This document shows positions 1-13,315 of a stretch of 64,000 bases of DNA, piece by piece. Every line of letters begins with the position of its first letter. Position 1 is the first letter of the stretch. Source of the stretch: Octopus bimaculoides. Its lineage: Eukaryota. A program made the position numbers and the translations under genes. The notes beneath the pieces are model-generated. The model saw only the letters and a program-made list of their open reading frames with translations, did not search any database and was not told where the DNA came from. Location: assembly GCF_001194135.2 (NCBI RefSeq), contig NC_068991.1, forward strand, positions 65,221,240 to 65,285,239, written 5' to 3'.

Positions 1-320
1 TGAGCAAGTGTCTTCTACTATAGCCTCAGGCCTTGTAAGTGGATTTGGTAGACGGAAACTGAAAGAAGCCCGTCGTATATATGTATGTACATATATATGT
101 GTGTGTATATGTTTGCGTGTTTGTGTTTGTCCCCAACATTGCTTGACAACCGATACTGGTGCGTTTACATCCCCATAACTTAGCGGTTTGGCAAAAGAGA
201 CTGATAGAATAAGTACTAGGCTTACAAAGAATAAGACCTGGGGTCGATTTCTTTGACTAAAGGCGATACTCCAGCATGGCCGCAGTCAAATGACTGAAAC
301 AAGTAAATGAGTAAAAGAGT
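1..320 (+). mobile_element. tRNA-derived SINE family A (bipartite, internal microsatellite), 5' end outside the window
   Basis: Body gcaagtgtcttctactatagcc...gacggaaactgaaagaagcccgtcg, then (TA/TG)n, then the 3' half ending gactgaaacaagtaaa...gagt. Confidence 0.85.
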
Positions 321-592
321 GTATATATTCTGTCAGACTAACAATTATGTGTTATAATCATATACATACACAATGCACACACACACAAACAAACAAACGT
401 CAGGCTTCCATACAGTATTGGTTGACCCAGGGCTACAGTAGAAGACTCTTGCCCAAGGTGCTGTGCAGCAGGACTGAACCCAAAAACATATGATTGAAAC
501 GAAGCTTGTTAATCACACAACCATGTCGACACTTATGATAAAGAAAGTAAATTATTAAAAAAATGCAGCACAAGCAAAGCTGCCCTACTTAC

Positions 593-684
593 CCTGCAGG
601 GTAGGCAATAGCTCCAGTATTTGGGTCACATGTCAATCCTGCCGTTGAACTAATGGTTAATCCTAATACTTTCTCCAATGTAAC
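593..684 (-). CDS. MAPKBP1: Second coding exon (92 nt) of MAPKBP1/WDR62 homologue ([31 protein letters not shown])
   Basis: Acceptor tttttatttttag|GTT and donor GG|gtaagt; phase 0 in, phase 2 out. The peptide matches the family motif [10 protein letters not shown]...LACDP..G.VAYPAG. Invertebrates have one co-orthologue of MAPKBP1 and WDR62. The gene continues left of the window. Confidence 0.93.
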
Positions 685-1548
685 CTAAAAATAAAAATAG
701 GCATTTAAATATTGAAAATAAAAAATAAAATAAATATTGATTTCTTTGACTGCAACAATATTTTGAATCTTTTTGAATTAGAAATTTATATATTAATATT
801 TTATTATTAATTAGAGAAATGAATATTATCGATAAATAAGGAAATCAATATTAAAAAAAAAATAATTACATACACCCAATTACAGAAACAATATTTTTAA
901 TTATTTATTTATTGTAATTAATATTTTTATTATCAAAGCAGTGAGCAGGCAGAAATATTAGCATGTCAGACAAAATGGTTAGCAGCAATTCTCTTTACAT
1001 TCTGAGCTCAAAACTCACTGAGGCCAAGTTTGCCTTTCATCCTTTTGGGGTCAATCAACTTGCCCACTTCCCTTGCTGGCTTTGTGCCAAAATTAGAAAG
1101 AACTACTACTACTACTACTTAAAAAAAAGATAAGAGGGAGAGCACTAGATATTTAGATATATTGCTTTATATACTGAGTTTAAAACCAACCAGATCCAAT
1201 CTTGCCATAGTCAATTATTACATATTGGCTGGAATAGATAGTGTCAGATAAAATGCCTTGCAGTATTTAATTATAGCCCCTTACATTCTGAGTTCAAATC
1301 CCACCAAGGTCAACATTACCTTTCAACCTTCCAAGCTTGATAAAAAAAATCAATGTATTTTAATGGACTAACCCCTCTTCAACAAAGGACATGCTCAACT
1401 GGTTACGGTCAAACAAATGATAAGCAAATCTGTGATATTGAGCAAAATATTTGCTGTAGTTTATCTTTTATACCAAGACAAAAGGATGGACATGATAACA
1501 CTTCCAATCAGAAGCCATGAGAGCTAGTGCCTGGTACTGCATCAGGGC

Positions 1549-1579
<31 letters not shown>

Positions 1580-1701
1580 ATAATATTATTATTATTATTA
1601 ATAATATTATTATTATTATTAATAATATTATTATTAATATTATTATTAATAATATTATTATTATTAATAATATTATTATTAATAATAATAATAATAATAA
1701 T

Positions 1702-1739
<38 letters not shown>
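1549..1739. repeat. Compound microsatellite: alternating (AAT)n/(ATT)n blocks, then (TAG)n
   Basis: Directly visible; source of ORFs 1468-1849. Confidence 0.95.
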
Positions 1740-3311
1740 AGGCAAGCTGGCAGAATTGTGAGCAAGCTGGACAAAATGCTACTAAGCATTCCATCCCAAT
1801 TCCACAAAATTCAACTTTACCGTTCATTCTTTTGGGGTTGATAAAATAACTACCAGTTGAACACTGTGGATGATTTAATCAATTAAGCCCCTCCTCTGAA
1901 TCTGCTAGTTTTGTGCCAAAATTTGAAAGCATTATTATAACTATTGTTGTTATTAAGGTGGTGAGGTGGCAGGATTGTTAGCACGTCAGGCGAAATGCTT
2001 AGCAGTATTTGATCTACTGCTACATTCTGAGTTCAAATTTCACTGAGGTCAACTCTGCCCTTCATCCTTTCGGAGTTCATAAATTAAGTAGCAGTCAAGT
2101 ACTGGAATCAATGTGATCGATTGTCCCCCTCCCCACAAAAATCCAGGCCTTGTGCCTATAGTAGAAAGGATTATTATATCTAATACTTTGTAAAGCTGTA
2201 AAATTCATCACCATTTCCATTCTCTGGTAATTAAATAAGCACAAGAGATTAAATTTCTATAAAAATAAAGGTTTTTATCTACTAAAACAGAACACCTCCC
2301 ACCACCTTTTTTTGTTTTGTGTTATTAGCAAGAAGGGGAAGAGCATTGGACATCACCCATTTCAGTCAGAATATTGAAGATTGGTGGAAGAAAGGGCAGT
2401 TATCCTCTGATTTGAGACCTTGAGCAAATGGTTGTAACAGAGCAGACTCTACTGGTGCCCAACACTCAATGTCCAGCCAAGTGACAGTATCATACTTTAG
2501 CCACCACCTCCTCTCTTCTCCACACTTAGGCAATGTAGCTTTTTTTCTGTTCTTCTGTCCTGCAAATTATTTGATGACCTCACTAGTGCTTGTAGCACAA
2601 AAAAAAAATGCACCTAGTACACACAGTATAGTGGTAGACTTTAGAAAAACCATCCAGCCATAGAAACCATGCCAAAGCCAACATTGGAGCTTGATGCAGC
2701 CCTGTGGCTCATCAGATTCTATCAAACCATCCAACCTATGCCAGCATGGAAAATAGACATTAAATGAGGAGTAAGGAAATTTCACTGCCACTAGAAATTT
2801 AAACCAGCAACAGTCTGTGTGCCACCAGTCATAAAAGGAAACTGAAGTTGCTTTTGCTGTTAACAGAGTATTTAGTACATGAGGTCCTTCTCCATCTACA
2901 CTCGCCTACCAAAACTAAGGTTGGGTATTAGCCACAATAAATTTACTAGTTCAAAAGGACCTGCAAAGAACATGGTTTCTGACCCTCTTAATCTGACAAA
3001 TTTATATAGAAAGAAAATAATTATCCTAATATGACAATTGTATAGGTCTATGTGTATACAATAACTCAGTGTGTATATGAGTGAGAAAGAGAGAGAGTTC
3101 TAGATATGGAATGAGAGAATAAATTATATATGATGCAGACATAATCTGGGTAGGGATACAAATAATTTGAAAAAGCTTGTGTCAGTTTTTTTTTCCTTTT
3201 TTTTCCAGATCTACTTCAGATATTTGTAATGCTTATATTTAATGATACACTGACCAGAAATAGCAATCATTATGAGGAATTAAAGTTGCTTACTTCAAAT
3301 GCATAATTCTC

Positions 3312-3351
<40 letters not shown>

Positions 3352-4560
3352 CATATCAAGAGAGAAGTAGTAATGACAACAATGGCATCAAAGAGAGAAA
3401 AGGAGAAACAGAGATGGTCAGACAGATATCATCATTTTACGTCCATTTTACAATGCTGCCATGGGCTGGATGTGTCATCACAAACCAAATAAGTTCTCAT
3501 TTGAAGTTACTGCTCTCCAAGACAAATTAGGACCATATCTCACTCATACATAACATTTTTGGCACGGTTTATTTGTATGAAAGACATTCCTATCACCAAT
3601 CATTTTACTGAGTACCAGAAATGGCGACTGTCATGTTCCTGGTAAAACTCAAGACCTCTCTACCTTTCATTGTTTCCATTCATTTGACAGTTACTTTATA
3701 GATAGTACTGAGTGCATTTTATCACTGCACCAGACTTAGAAACGCTTTTTTTTTTTTTTTTTTTTTTGTTCCCCAGCAGGACTAAAAGACTCCTGCCTAC
3801 CCTATGTTGTTTCCATTTGTTCATTCATTCACCAATACAAAAGTATTGTTTCATTTTAAACAGGTAGAAGAGAGTTAGAACGAGAGTAATAGAAGAGAAA
3901 GAGTAATTGAAAAGAATGAGAGTGGCAGTCAGGAGCCAGATGGTGACAGAAGAGAATGTGAAAGAATTGAGTGAGACAACTATATGATGATTGTAAGGAG
4001 ATTGATTAAAAACAGCATGAGCAGTGTAATAGGATGACAAGAAAGTGATATGAGGAAGTACTAAAAGATCACGAAAATGATAGGAGAAAGTGTGGTGAGG
4101 GAGTGAGAGAGAGAGAGAGAGAGAGAGTAGTAAAAAAAAGAGAAAGAGAGTGTGCTAGAAGAGGAGTGTGAGAGAGGGAGAGAGGTGAGGTAGAAAAGAG
4201 AGAGGGGAAAAGAGACTGATGGATGTCAATAATGAGTGAAAAGAATGTAAGAGGGAGCAGTGGATAGCAATAAAGATGAATGCATGGTAAGGGAATGGGA
4301 GTGATGGCTGTCAATGAGTGATTGGAAAAAGGAGCAAAAACTAGCAATAACGAAGGGTTAATGCCAAAGGAGAGACAAAGCCAATGCAATATTATATCTC
4401 TCATTAGATAAGTGATATGATGGGAGAAGGATATAATGACAGTAGGAAGGCACATAAATACGTAAGGAGGTGAATGGTAGAAGTGGGAGTAACAAAGAAA
4501 GGGAGATATACAAACAATGGCTGAAGGAGGCTTAACTGTAGGTATTACATGACCCACTCT

Positions 4561-4742
4561 ATCATCATCATCAGCCCAGTACTTTGCTACATTAAGCCAC
4601 ATGAAGCTCAGCCTCTTGAGATCAGCCTTAACCACTTCATTCCATGTCTTCCTTGGTCTCCCACTGCCACAGATTCCATCCACTTTTTTTTTTACACAAC
4701 TGGCATCTTTCACAAGCATCATCTAAACACATCACCAGCATA
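4561..4742 (-). mobile_element. RTE-clade LINE 3' end
   Basis: CVKK..VDGICGSGRPRKTWNEVVKADLKRL followed by a (TGA)n tail. Confidence 0.7.
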
Positions 4743-4823
4743 ATTTTCTTTCTTTCACACTAGAGTCCCAGGGCAATCAAAGACTTATGGACTTGGAAGA
4801 TGGAAACTAAAAAAAAGCTCATT

Positions 4824-5020
4824 GTGTGTGTGAGAGAGTATGTGTGTGTGAGCATGTGTCTGAGTGTGTGTGTGTGTCTGAGCGCGCATGTGTGTGTATC
4901 TGAGTCTGTGTGTGTGTAAGCACGCGTGTGTGTGTGTGTGTCTGAACATGTGTGCGTCTGAACATGTGTGTGTCTGAGCATGTGTGTATGTGTGTGTCTG
5001 AGCATGTGTGTGTGTGTCTC
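4824..5020. repeat. (TG)n-based compound repeat with recurring TCTGAGCATGTGTG units
   Basis: Directly visible; source of the HT-rich ORFs. Confidence 0.9.
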
Positions 5021-5060
5021 CATGCCTTGACTTTGTGTGATAGTTGCAAACCAGTATCAC

Positions 5061-5250
5061 CATCATCCAAGTGGTACCCTTTGTTTCCAATCTTCTGTGA
5101 AAACATGTTAGGTTATGGGGAGAAATAAGTGAGGATTGGTGATAAGAAGGGCATCCAGCTGTAGAAAAAATTCTACCTCAAAAAATTCTGCCCAACCCAT
5201 GCAAGCATGGAAAAGTGGATGTTAAGACAATGGTAACAATGATGATGTTA
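5061..5250 (+). mobile_element. Short retroposon family D with (TGA)n tail (representative copy)
   Basis: aagggcatccagc.gtagaaa...catgcaagcatggaaaagtggatgttaa(tga)n. Similar pieces at 2640-2772(+), 11310-11420(+), 14210-14345(-), 15700-15880(-), 24625-24790(-), 24840-24980(+), 27055-27190(-), 32712-32830(-). Confidence 0.65.
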
Positions 5251-6659
5251 TAACATATATTGTAAATACACAAATGTTAATGATTATAATGAACACTGTA
5301 TATTAAATAGAGAGGAGGCTAAATGATTGCCTCACAGCTATTTCTACAACCTACATTCTGAGATCAAATTCTGATAAAACTTTGTTTTTCGTTTCATTAA
5401 GGCCAATAAATGAGGAGCAATTGTTGATATTTGGCCCATGTCAACACTAATCCAGCAGACCCTGTGGTTGTTGTTGTTCTAGCTACACCCACCTTGTCGT
5501 GATTAGGGCTATATTATCTAACTGAGGTCAGTAAAATATGAGCTAAGGAAGATTTGGTTGTTATTCCTAGCAGAGAGAGCAACAACCTAGAAGCCCCTTC
5601 ATTAAATAATATTGCTATTGTCTAGTTTTAGGTCAACAGAACTATTTCATCTAATATAAGACAGTAGAAAACCAATGGAGAGAATTCAGGCTACTGTTTC
5701 TAGTAGGTTGCATGATTACACAGAAGCTCCCTTGTTGAGTGTGGTTGATTCCATCAACAATATCTTTCCTGCAAAATTGGCTTTGTGCCTTGTCAAACAA
5801 AATTGATGTATTTCTATCCCATTGGGGAGGAGGGGTCATGTTACAAAGATAAAATGAAGATATACAAGTGATCTGGCAGGTGATATAAAAGAAAAACAGT
5901 CTAGGTAAATGTAAATCACAGACAAGAGATATTGGCACCATAGCGAAAAGTCTCTAGATGGTAAAATAAACCTGAAACAGTAGAACTGTAAACATCAACA
6001 TCCGATGGATTACAGAAACAAACATTTCTGTTTGAGCATGAGGTTGAAGTTCAGAATTGTTAAACTTGTTAAATGTCTAGGTCAATGGCACTGACCCATG
6101 GTTTAATGGTCAGTTTCTTGCTATGAGAAGGATGGGAGTAACGATAATTACTTCATTTAACAGAATACTGTACTATCAATGTTTAATGTTTAAATATCAT
6201 TAATAATAATGATGTAATTCCACCAAGATTGACTTTGCCTTTCATCCTTTCAGGGTTGATAAAATAAGCACCAGTTGAGCACTGGGGTCAATGTAAGAGA
6301 CTCGCCCCCTTGCCAAAAAATTTCAGGCCTTGTGCCTATAGTAGAAAGGATTTTATTAATGATAAAGCTCTTTTAGTCAGCTTCTAGATGGAATATTCCT
6401 TAACATTTATCTACTAATATGTACATTCTACTAGTAAAAGACTTCCAGAAATCTGTGTTTGTGATGCGGTTTCAATTCCTATCTCAGCCATTTCATTTAA
6501 CCCCTTCCTAGACAAATTATATTCCAGAAAGCATTTCATTTTGAATCGATTTAAAATTCTTTTTTCCTTTTTTTTTTTTTTTTTNNNNNNNNNNTTTTTT
6601 TTTTTTTTGTTACGTGAAAGCTTTTTGTTTTCATTCTTGAAAACATTCTTCTACTTAAT

Positions 6660-7560
6660 ATTTTATGATTTTTTAAAAATAAATGTATGACATACAATAG
6701 AAACCCATTCAGGCAATCAAAGTTGAGCAGCGGCTCAACCTTGTCAACTCCCACTTATTGTTAAGTTGTAATTCAAACAGCCTCTGGTCTTCTCATAACT
6801 TTTGTTTGAATATTTACTTTCTTCATAGCTGAACTGCAAGCTCTGGACAACAAGCACACATCTCTTCTCTTTATATTTTAGGGCTAACATTTTTCCTCTC
6901 CAAAAGGCACAAATTTCACCCCTATTCAGTTTTTCTTCTTTGAGTCATTCAGTTATTTCCTTTCCATCTCGGATATAATGTCATACATTTCAGTAAAATA
7001 CTGGACAAGTATAATCAGCTAGTTATGGACCAGTATAAAAGTCATCAATACTTAGGCAGCAGCCTTGTTGTAGCATAGGTTTCATGTGTCATAACTATGT
7101 GTAAGGACACTGGAAGATCACTAAATTCCTTATCAAGCTTCTTCAGTCCATTTTGTAAAATATGTTTTGAGTTACCTCATGCCTTTTCTCAAAAAATAAC
7201 ATTATCAAAATTCAAGATATCACAGGATAACCCAGGGAGGGAGTAACTAGTTTCTCATACCTTACTCTCTTACTATGTCCTTCTTTTCATCTTCAATAAA
7301 ATATAGCAAATGTGAAACTTAAGACCCAGTCTTCAGCAATGCTACACTGCTTCACTATGTTTTATTCTTTATTTATCAATAACATATCAAAATATAGACA
7401 TCCGTTTTAAAGTTTGTTATTGAAAGGTAACATGTATGCAAAAGATCAGATATCATTGAGTATCTTATCTGATTATATCATCACTCAAGAACATAATATC
7501 CTTAAAGATATAATCACATTGTTGAAAATAAGAAAATGATAGTATTTTCCACAATTCAAA
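6660..7560 (-). pseudogene. Fossil piggyBac (PGBD-like) transposase
   Basis: Colinear, frameshifted motifs IDDFYTGP (DNFYTS), GEICAFWRGKMLALKYKEKRCV (GE....GKMLALKWKDKRDV), RPEAV.NYN and GVDKVEPLL (MGGVDK.DQ). The upstream boundary is uncertain. Confidence 0.6.
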
Positions 7561-7854
7561 CATTGTTTTGACAAACCAATATTCCATCATCAAGAAGCAA
7601 GGTGAGATGATGCACCTTTTAACACTAACCACATATAGTGTTTATATGATCAACTGACTGCAGGACCGATCCCAATGTAATGAGAGCGATAAAATTTAAT
7701 CTCAGTTACAACTGGTAAAGATATATATTAAATTTAAGCTAGATAAGTTATAGGCATTGAACTAAAATGTAACGAGGAAAATAAAGAAGAAAATTGCTCA
7801 AGAAACTGTACAACCAATATACTGTACAGTGAAAAACTTTCCTCTTCATTAGCA

Positions 7855-8090
7855 CACATGCCCAACTCTCTAAACAAATTTTCTTTGGTGAACCAGCTGT
7901 TGGCTCTCGATCACATAGCGGGATCAAAGAGGAGATACAAAGACAGTCAAGACAACCTTGAAAAAGTGTAACTTAGAACAGTCTACTTGGAAATATCTAG
8001 CTCAAGGTTGCTCACTGTGTACTCTGGAGTAGAGCACTCAGAATCAGAAATGATCAGAGAAACTCAAAAGAGGTGGAGGTCTGCAGGGAA
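7855..8090 (+). mobile_element. Degraded RTE-type LINE C-terminal relic
   Basis: With frameshifts, GEPAVGSRS...KRRYKD...NLEKCNL...TWKYLAQ resembles GEL..G.R..GGQKKRYKD.LK..LK.C...WE.LAQDR. Confidence 0.5.
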
Positions 8091-8807
8091 AGTAGGAGTC
8101 CCACTTGATCCTGGTTCAGCAACTACTAATTTGAACTCAAAATGTAAAGCATTTTGCCCAGGTGTGGATGGTGGTGGTGGTGGTGGTGGAGGACATCTCT
8201 TCTCATCATCCCTCTAATGTCCACCCCCACCCCACCCACACGTGGGCAAAATGCTCTACATTTTGAGTTCAAATTCCACCTAGGTTGACTTTGAGGGTTG
8301 ATAAAACAAGTATCATTTGATCATACAACTGGAATGATCATCCTACAAGCAGATGAAGATCCATTTCCTTTACTTTTTGTTTACTTATACACATCAACAA
8401 ATGAGCCAATGAGGTAATCTCTGTGTGGCTGTTCAATTTGCTAGAAATAACAGCCAAATCTCCCTCACACTATGCTCTAACATTTTAAAAATGAAGGACA
8501 CATTAAATAATGTTGTCCTACATCTTCAATAAAAATACAGAATGGCTCATTCTGGCCTGATCTGTGTTTAAACTGACAGGCATTCGTTGCAACGAATGTA
8601 AATGGAGAAAACTTCATGAAGTACATGTAAAATATGTATGAAAAATATATGAAGAATTTGTAAAATAAAAAATATCTACAATAAAATTCTAATAGATAAA
8701 TATCAATTTTTATTAAAACAAAACATGTGGGTGAAGTAACTCTCGTGGTGTGAAGAATCAACACAACGTGCAGGTAAAGTGAAACACAACACATGCAGTG
8801 TTAAAGC

Positions 8808-8841
<34 letters not shown>

Positions 8842-10532
8842 CGTGTGTGCGTGCGTGTACCATCACCACTGCTTGACAGCTGGTATTGATTTATGTTCTC
8901 GTAATTTAGCAGTTTAGGAAGAGGTCAACAAACTAAGTACTGAATACGTATTTATTCAACTACACCCTTCAAGGTGATGCCACAGCATAGACATAATCCA
9001 ATGACCGAAACAAGTAAAAGATAAAAGAAAAAAGTAATTGGGTATGCAGTATGGATGGAGGAAAAAGAAAAAAATGAATATCAGAAAGTTTTTTCTAATC
9101 AGAAACGTTTTTTCAGCCAATCAAGATTCCAACATTGTCCAAATGCTTAACCGATTATTTGCCAAGACTTAAAACAGGTTTGTTTAGTTTTATACTTTTA
9201 GCCATTGGGAAAACATGGCTGTTTATAGCCGGCCTGGCATTGAAAGAGTAGAAAAATTTACAACTGATAAGAGTGTATATACATGAAAGGATGATTATTT
9301 TTGTCATTACATCTTTTGATATAAGTTAATCATTATCATCTGAATAATAATTATTAATGGACACAGTCTACTTGTATGCATGTTAATTCTGAACAATACC
9401 AAAACTCTTAAAACAGTCATGTTAGTGAACTAAATGAGAAATAAGCTTTACAATTTTTATTATTTTTATTCTTTTCATTGAGAAGTTACTTAATTGTGAA
9501 GAAACAGAAGCGGATATAAAATGCATTGTAAAATATTTCATAGCTGCCAGCAACACTGAACTAGTTTTAATAAAAAACACATTAACTTACTTTACTAAAT
9601 AGAATATATGTAGATAGGAAAGAAGTAAAGATTGAAGCTTTTATCCAAAAAAGGTCTTCACTGAACATTTTTGAGTCACCAACACAATGAAGCATTTTGA
9701 TAGCAAGCAGACTAACAACTATGTTGGCATCAAAGAAACTCCAGCATTTAACAGGGACTGAATCAGCATTATATTGAAAAAAAAAAAAAATACATACATG
9801 AATGCCTGTCTCTGAACCTACAAACATGTGTGAATGTGTATGTGTGCCTGTGTGTGTGTATATATATATATATATAATGATAATTGTCTAAATAGATACT
9901 TGTTTTGTTTTTTTTTGTATAATAATCCTGATATTTGCCAAATGTAATTATAAANNNNNNNNNNNNNNNNNNNNNNNNNNNNNNNNNNNNNNNNNNNNNN
10001 NNNNNNNNNNNNNNNNNNNNNNNNNNNNNNNNNNNNNNNNNNNNNNNNNNNNNNNNNNNNNNNNNNNNNNNNNNNNNNNNNNNNNNNNNNNNNNNNNNNN
10101 NNNNNNNNNNNNNNNNNNNNNNNNNNNNNNNNNNNNNNNNNNNNNNNNNNNNNNNNNNNNNNNNNNNNNNNNNNNNNNNNNNNNNNNNNNNNNNNNNNNN
10201 NNNNNNNNNNNNNNNNNNNNNNNNNNNNNNNNNNNNNNNNNNNNNNNNNNNNNNNNNNNNNNNNNNNNNNNNNNNNNNNNNNNNNNNNNNNNNNNNNNNN
10301 NNNNNNNNNNNNNNNNNNNNNNNNNNNNNNNNNNNNNNNNNNNNNNNNNNNNNNNNNNNNNNNNNNNNNNNNNNNNNNNNNNNNNNNNNNNNNNNNNNNN
10401 NNNNNNNNNNNNNNNNNNNNNNNNNNNNNNNNNNNNNNNNNNNNNNNNNNNNNNNNNNNNNNNNNNNNNNNNNNNNNNNNNNNNNNNNNNNNNNNNNNNN
10501 NNNNNNNNNNNNNNNNNNNNNNNNNNNNNNNN

Positions 10533-10572
<40 letters not shown>

Positions 10573-13284
10573 TAATATTCTTTCACGAGCAAAAATACTA
10601 GGTTTCTAAAGGAAGGGTAGGTTGTGATGTCTGTGACTTTTTAAATAAGTATCAGTAATATTAAGTAAAATGGTTGCAATATCAAAAAAAACAAAGCAGG
10701 CACCAAAAGACTTCTGTTCTATGAATCTGATTATTAAGATAGGTGCAGGTGTGGCTGTGTGGTAAGAAGTTTGCTTCTCAACTACATGGTTCCAAGTTCA
10801 GTTCCACTGTACAGCACTTTGGGCAAGTGTATTCTACTATAGCTTTTGACCAGCCAAAGCCTTGTGAGTGAATTTGGATAAAGAAATTGAAAGAAGCCTG
10901 TCGTGTGTGTGTATGCGCATGCGTCTACCCTATCACCGCTTGACAACTGTTGGTGTGTTTATGATCCCATAACTTAGCAGTTCTGCAAAAGAGACTGATA
11001 GAATAAGTACCAGGCTTAAAAAAAAAAACATATGGGGGTTGACTATATGATTGAGAAGTTTACTTCCTGGCCATGTGGTTTTGGGCTCAGTCCCATTGCA
11101 TGGCACCTTTGGCAAGTATCTTCTACTGTAACCCCTGACTGACCAAAGCCTTTTGAGTAGATTTGATAGATACAAACTGAAGCCTGTTGTATGTGTATGT
11201 TTACATGTCCTTGTTTCGAAATCATATGACTTGTAAATGAATGTCCATTCATTTCCAATGTTCTGCAAAAAACGTGTTTGGCCATGAAGAATTACCTTGC
11301 TCAGAAACAGGAAAGGACTGGCAATAGGAAGGGTATACAGTCATGGAAAATCTACCTCAATAAATTCAGTCCAACCCAAGAAAGCAAGGAAAAGTAGATG
11401 TTAAAATGATGATGATAATGAATTATAACACAATGGAGATAACTACTTGGAGGCTGAATAGTCACTAGCATCATATACCCTCCTCAAACAACATAAAAAG
11501 TTCTTCCTGTATTTGCCTCAATAGCTCCCATTATCATTGTAGCAATGGTGGCTTGATGTTAAAATACCTGCTCAAATATTTTATATTTGAAGTATGATCC
11601 AGCTCATGAAAACAAGACCGAAAAATAAGTAGGATTACAGTTTACTTTTCATTCCATTTTTAAGTTAGTAACGTTACAGGTAATACTGAATCTATGGTTT
11701 GGAAAATACAAATTAAAGGTAAAAAATAGTAATATAGAAAAGCAAACAGTTTCTCACAAAATTTTAATTTAAAGCAAAGATTGTTAAGTAAAAAAAACTG
11801 ACAATACCAGCTTGTAGCTAAGCTAAAATGTAGAACTGGTTAAAAGAAAAAGTAAAAGAACTGGGTAATGAACCAAGTGGAAAAGTGAAATACAACCAAT
11901 GCAACATATAGCCATTCCTTAACTTTGTGCGTGCATGTGTAACAAAAATCAACAGTAACCACCCCCTTAAAACCAACCGTCCATATTGAGACAATCAACA
12001 TAACAGTAACACCACAAGTAACCAAGAGACAGATTTCAAAGAGATGCTACTTTTTAACTTTTACTTTTCTATTAAGGATGAACTAAAATTGTTTGGTGGG
12101 GTTCTGTTTTGTGTTTTTTGCTGTTGTTTTATTCAGGAATGGCTGTTCTGTTTTTATTGTTCAGAAACCATTTAATAATTAGAATAGAGAAAGAAGACAG
12201 TATCAGTTTGGTTTTTCCTAGAGGGCAAGTAACGTGAAAGACAAAGTGTGGGGTGTAGGGGGTATGGAGAGGGGAGAAGGGTACCGCTNNNNNNNNNNNN
12301 NNNNNNNNNNNNNNNNNNNNNNNNNNNNNNNNNNNNNNNNNNNNNNNNNNNNNNNNNNNNNNNNNNNNNNNNNNNNNNNNNNNNNNNNNNNNNNNNNNNN
12401 NNNNNNNNNNNNNNNNNNNNNNNNNNNNNNNNNNNNNNNNNNNNNNNNNNNNNNNNNNNNNNNNNNNNNNNNNNNNNNNNNNNNNNNNNNNNNNNNNNNN
12501 NNNNNNNNNNNNNNNNNNNNNNNNNNNNNNNNNNNNNNNNNNNNNNNNNNNNNNNNNNNNNNNNNNNNNNNNNNNNNNNNNNNNNNNNNNNNNNNNNNNN
12601 NNNNNNNNNNNNNNNNNNNNNNNNNNNNNNNNNNNNNNNNNNNNNNNNNNNNNNNNNNNNNNNNNNNNNNNNNNNNNNNNNNNNNNNNNNNNNNNNNNNN
12701 NNNNNNNNNNNNNNNNNNNNNNNNNNNNNNNNNNNNNNNNNNNNNNNNNNNNNNNNNNNNNNNNNNNNNNNNNNNNNNNNNNNNNNNNNNNNNNNNNNNN
12801 NNNNNNNNNNNNNNNNNNNNNNNNNNNNNNNNNNNNNNNNNNNNNNNNNNNNNNNNNNNNNNNNNNNNNNNNNNNNNNNNNNNNNNNNNNNNNNNNNNNN
12901 NNNNNNNNNNNNNNNNNNNNNNNNNNNNNNNNNNNNNNNNNNNNNNNNNNNNNNNNNNNNNNNNNNNNNNNNNNNNNNNNNNNNNNNNNNNNNNNNNNNN
13001 NNNNNNNNNNNNNNNNNNNNNNNNNNNNNNNNNNNNNNNNNNNNNNNNNNNNNNNNNNNNNNNNNNNNNNNNNNNNNNNNNNNNNNNNNNNNNNNNNNNN
13101 NNNNNNNNNNNNNNNNNNNNNNNNNNNNNNNNNNNNNNNNNNNNNNNNNNNNNNNNNNNNNNNNNNNNNNNNNNNNNNNNNNNNNNNNNNNNNNNNNNNN
13201 NNNNNNNNNNNNNNNNNNNNNNNNNNNNNNNNNNNNNNNNNNNNNNNNNNNNNNNNNNNNNNNNNNNNNNNNNNNNNNNNNNNN

Positions 13285-13315
<31 letters not shown>

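Noticed and set aside
1468-1849. Poly-L/I/N/Y ORFs, and similar HT/YI/CV-repeat ORFs elsewhere
   Set aside because: Translations of microsatellites.
3860-4550. Purine-rich stretch giving the 217-aa minus ORF
   Set aside because: Only the first ~45 aa are RTE-derived; the rest is CT-biased low-complexity sequence without identifiable motifs.
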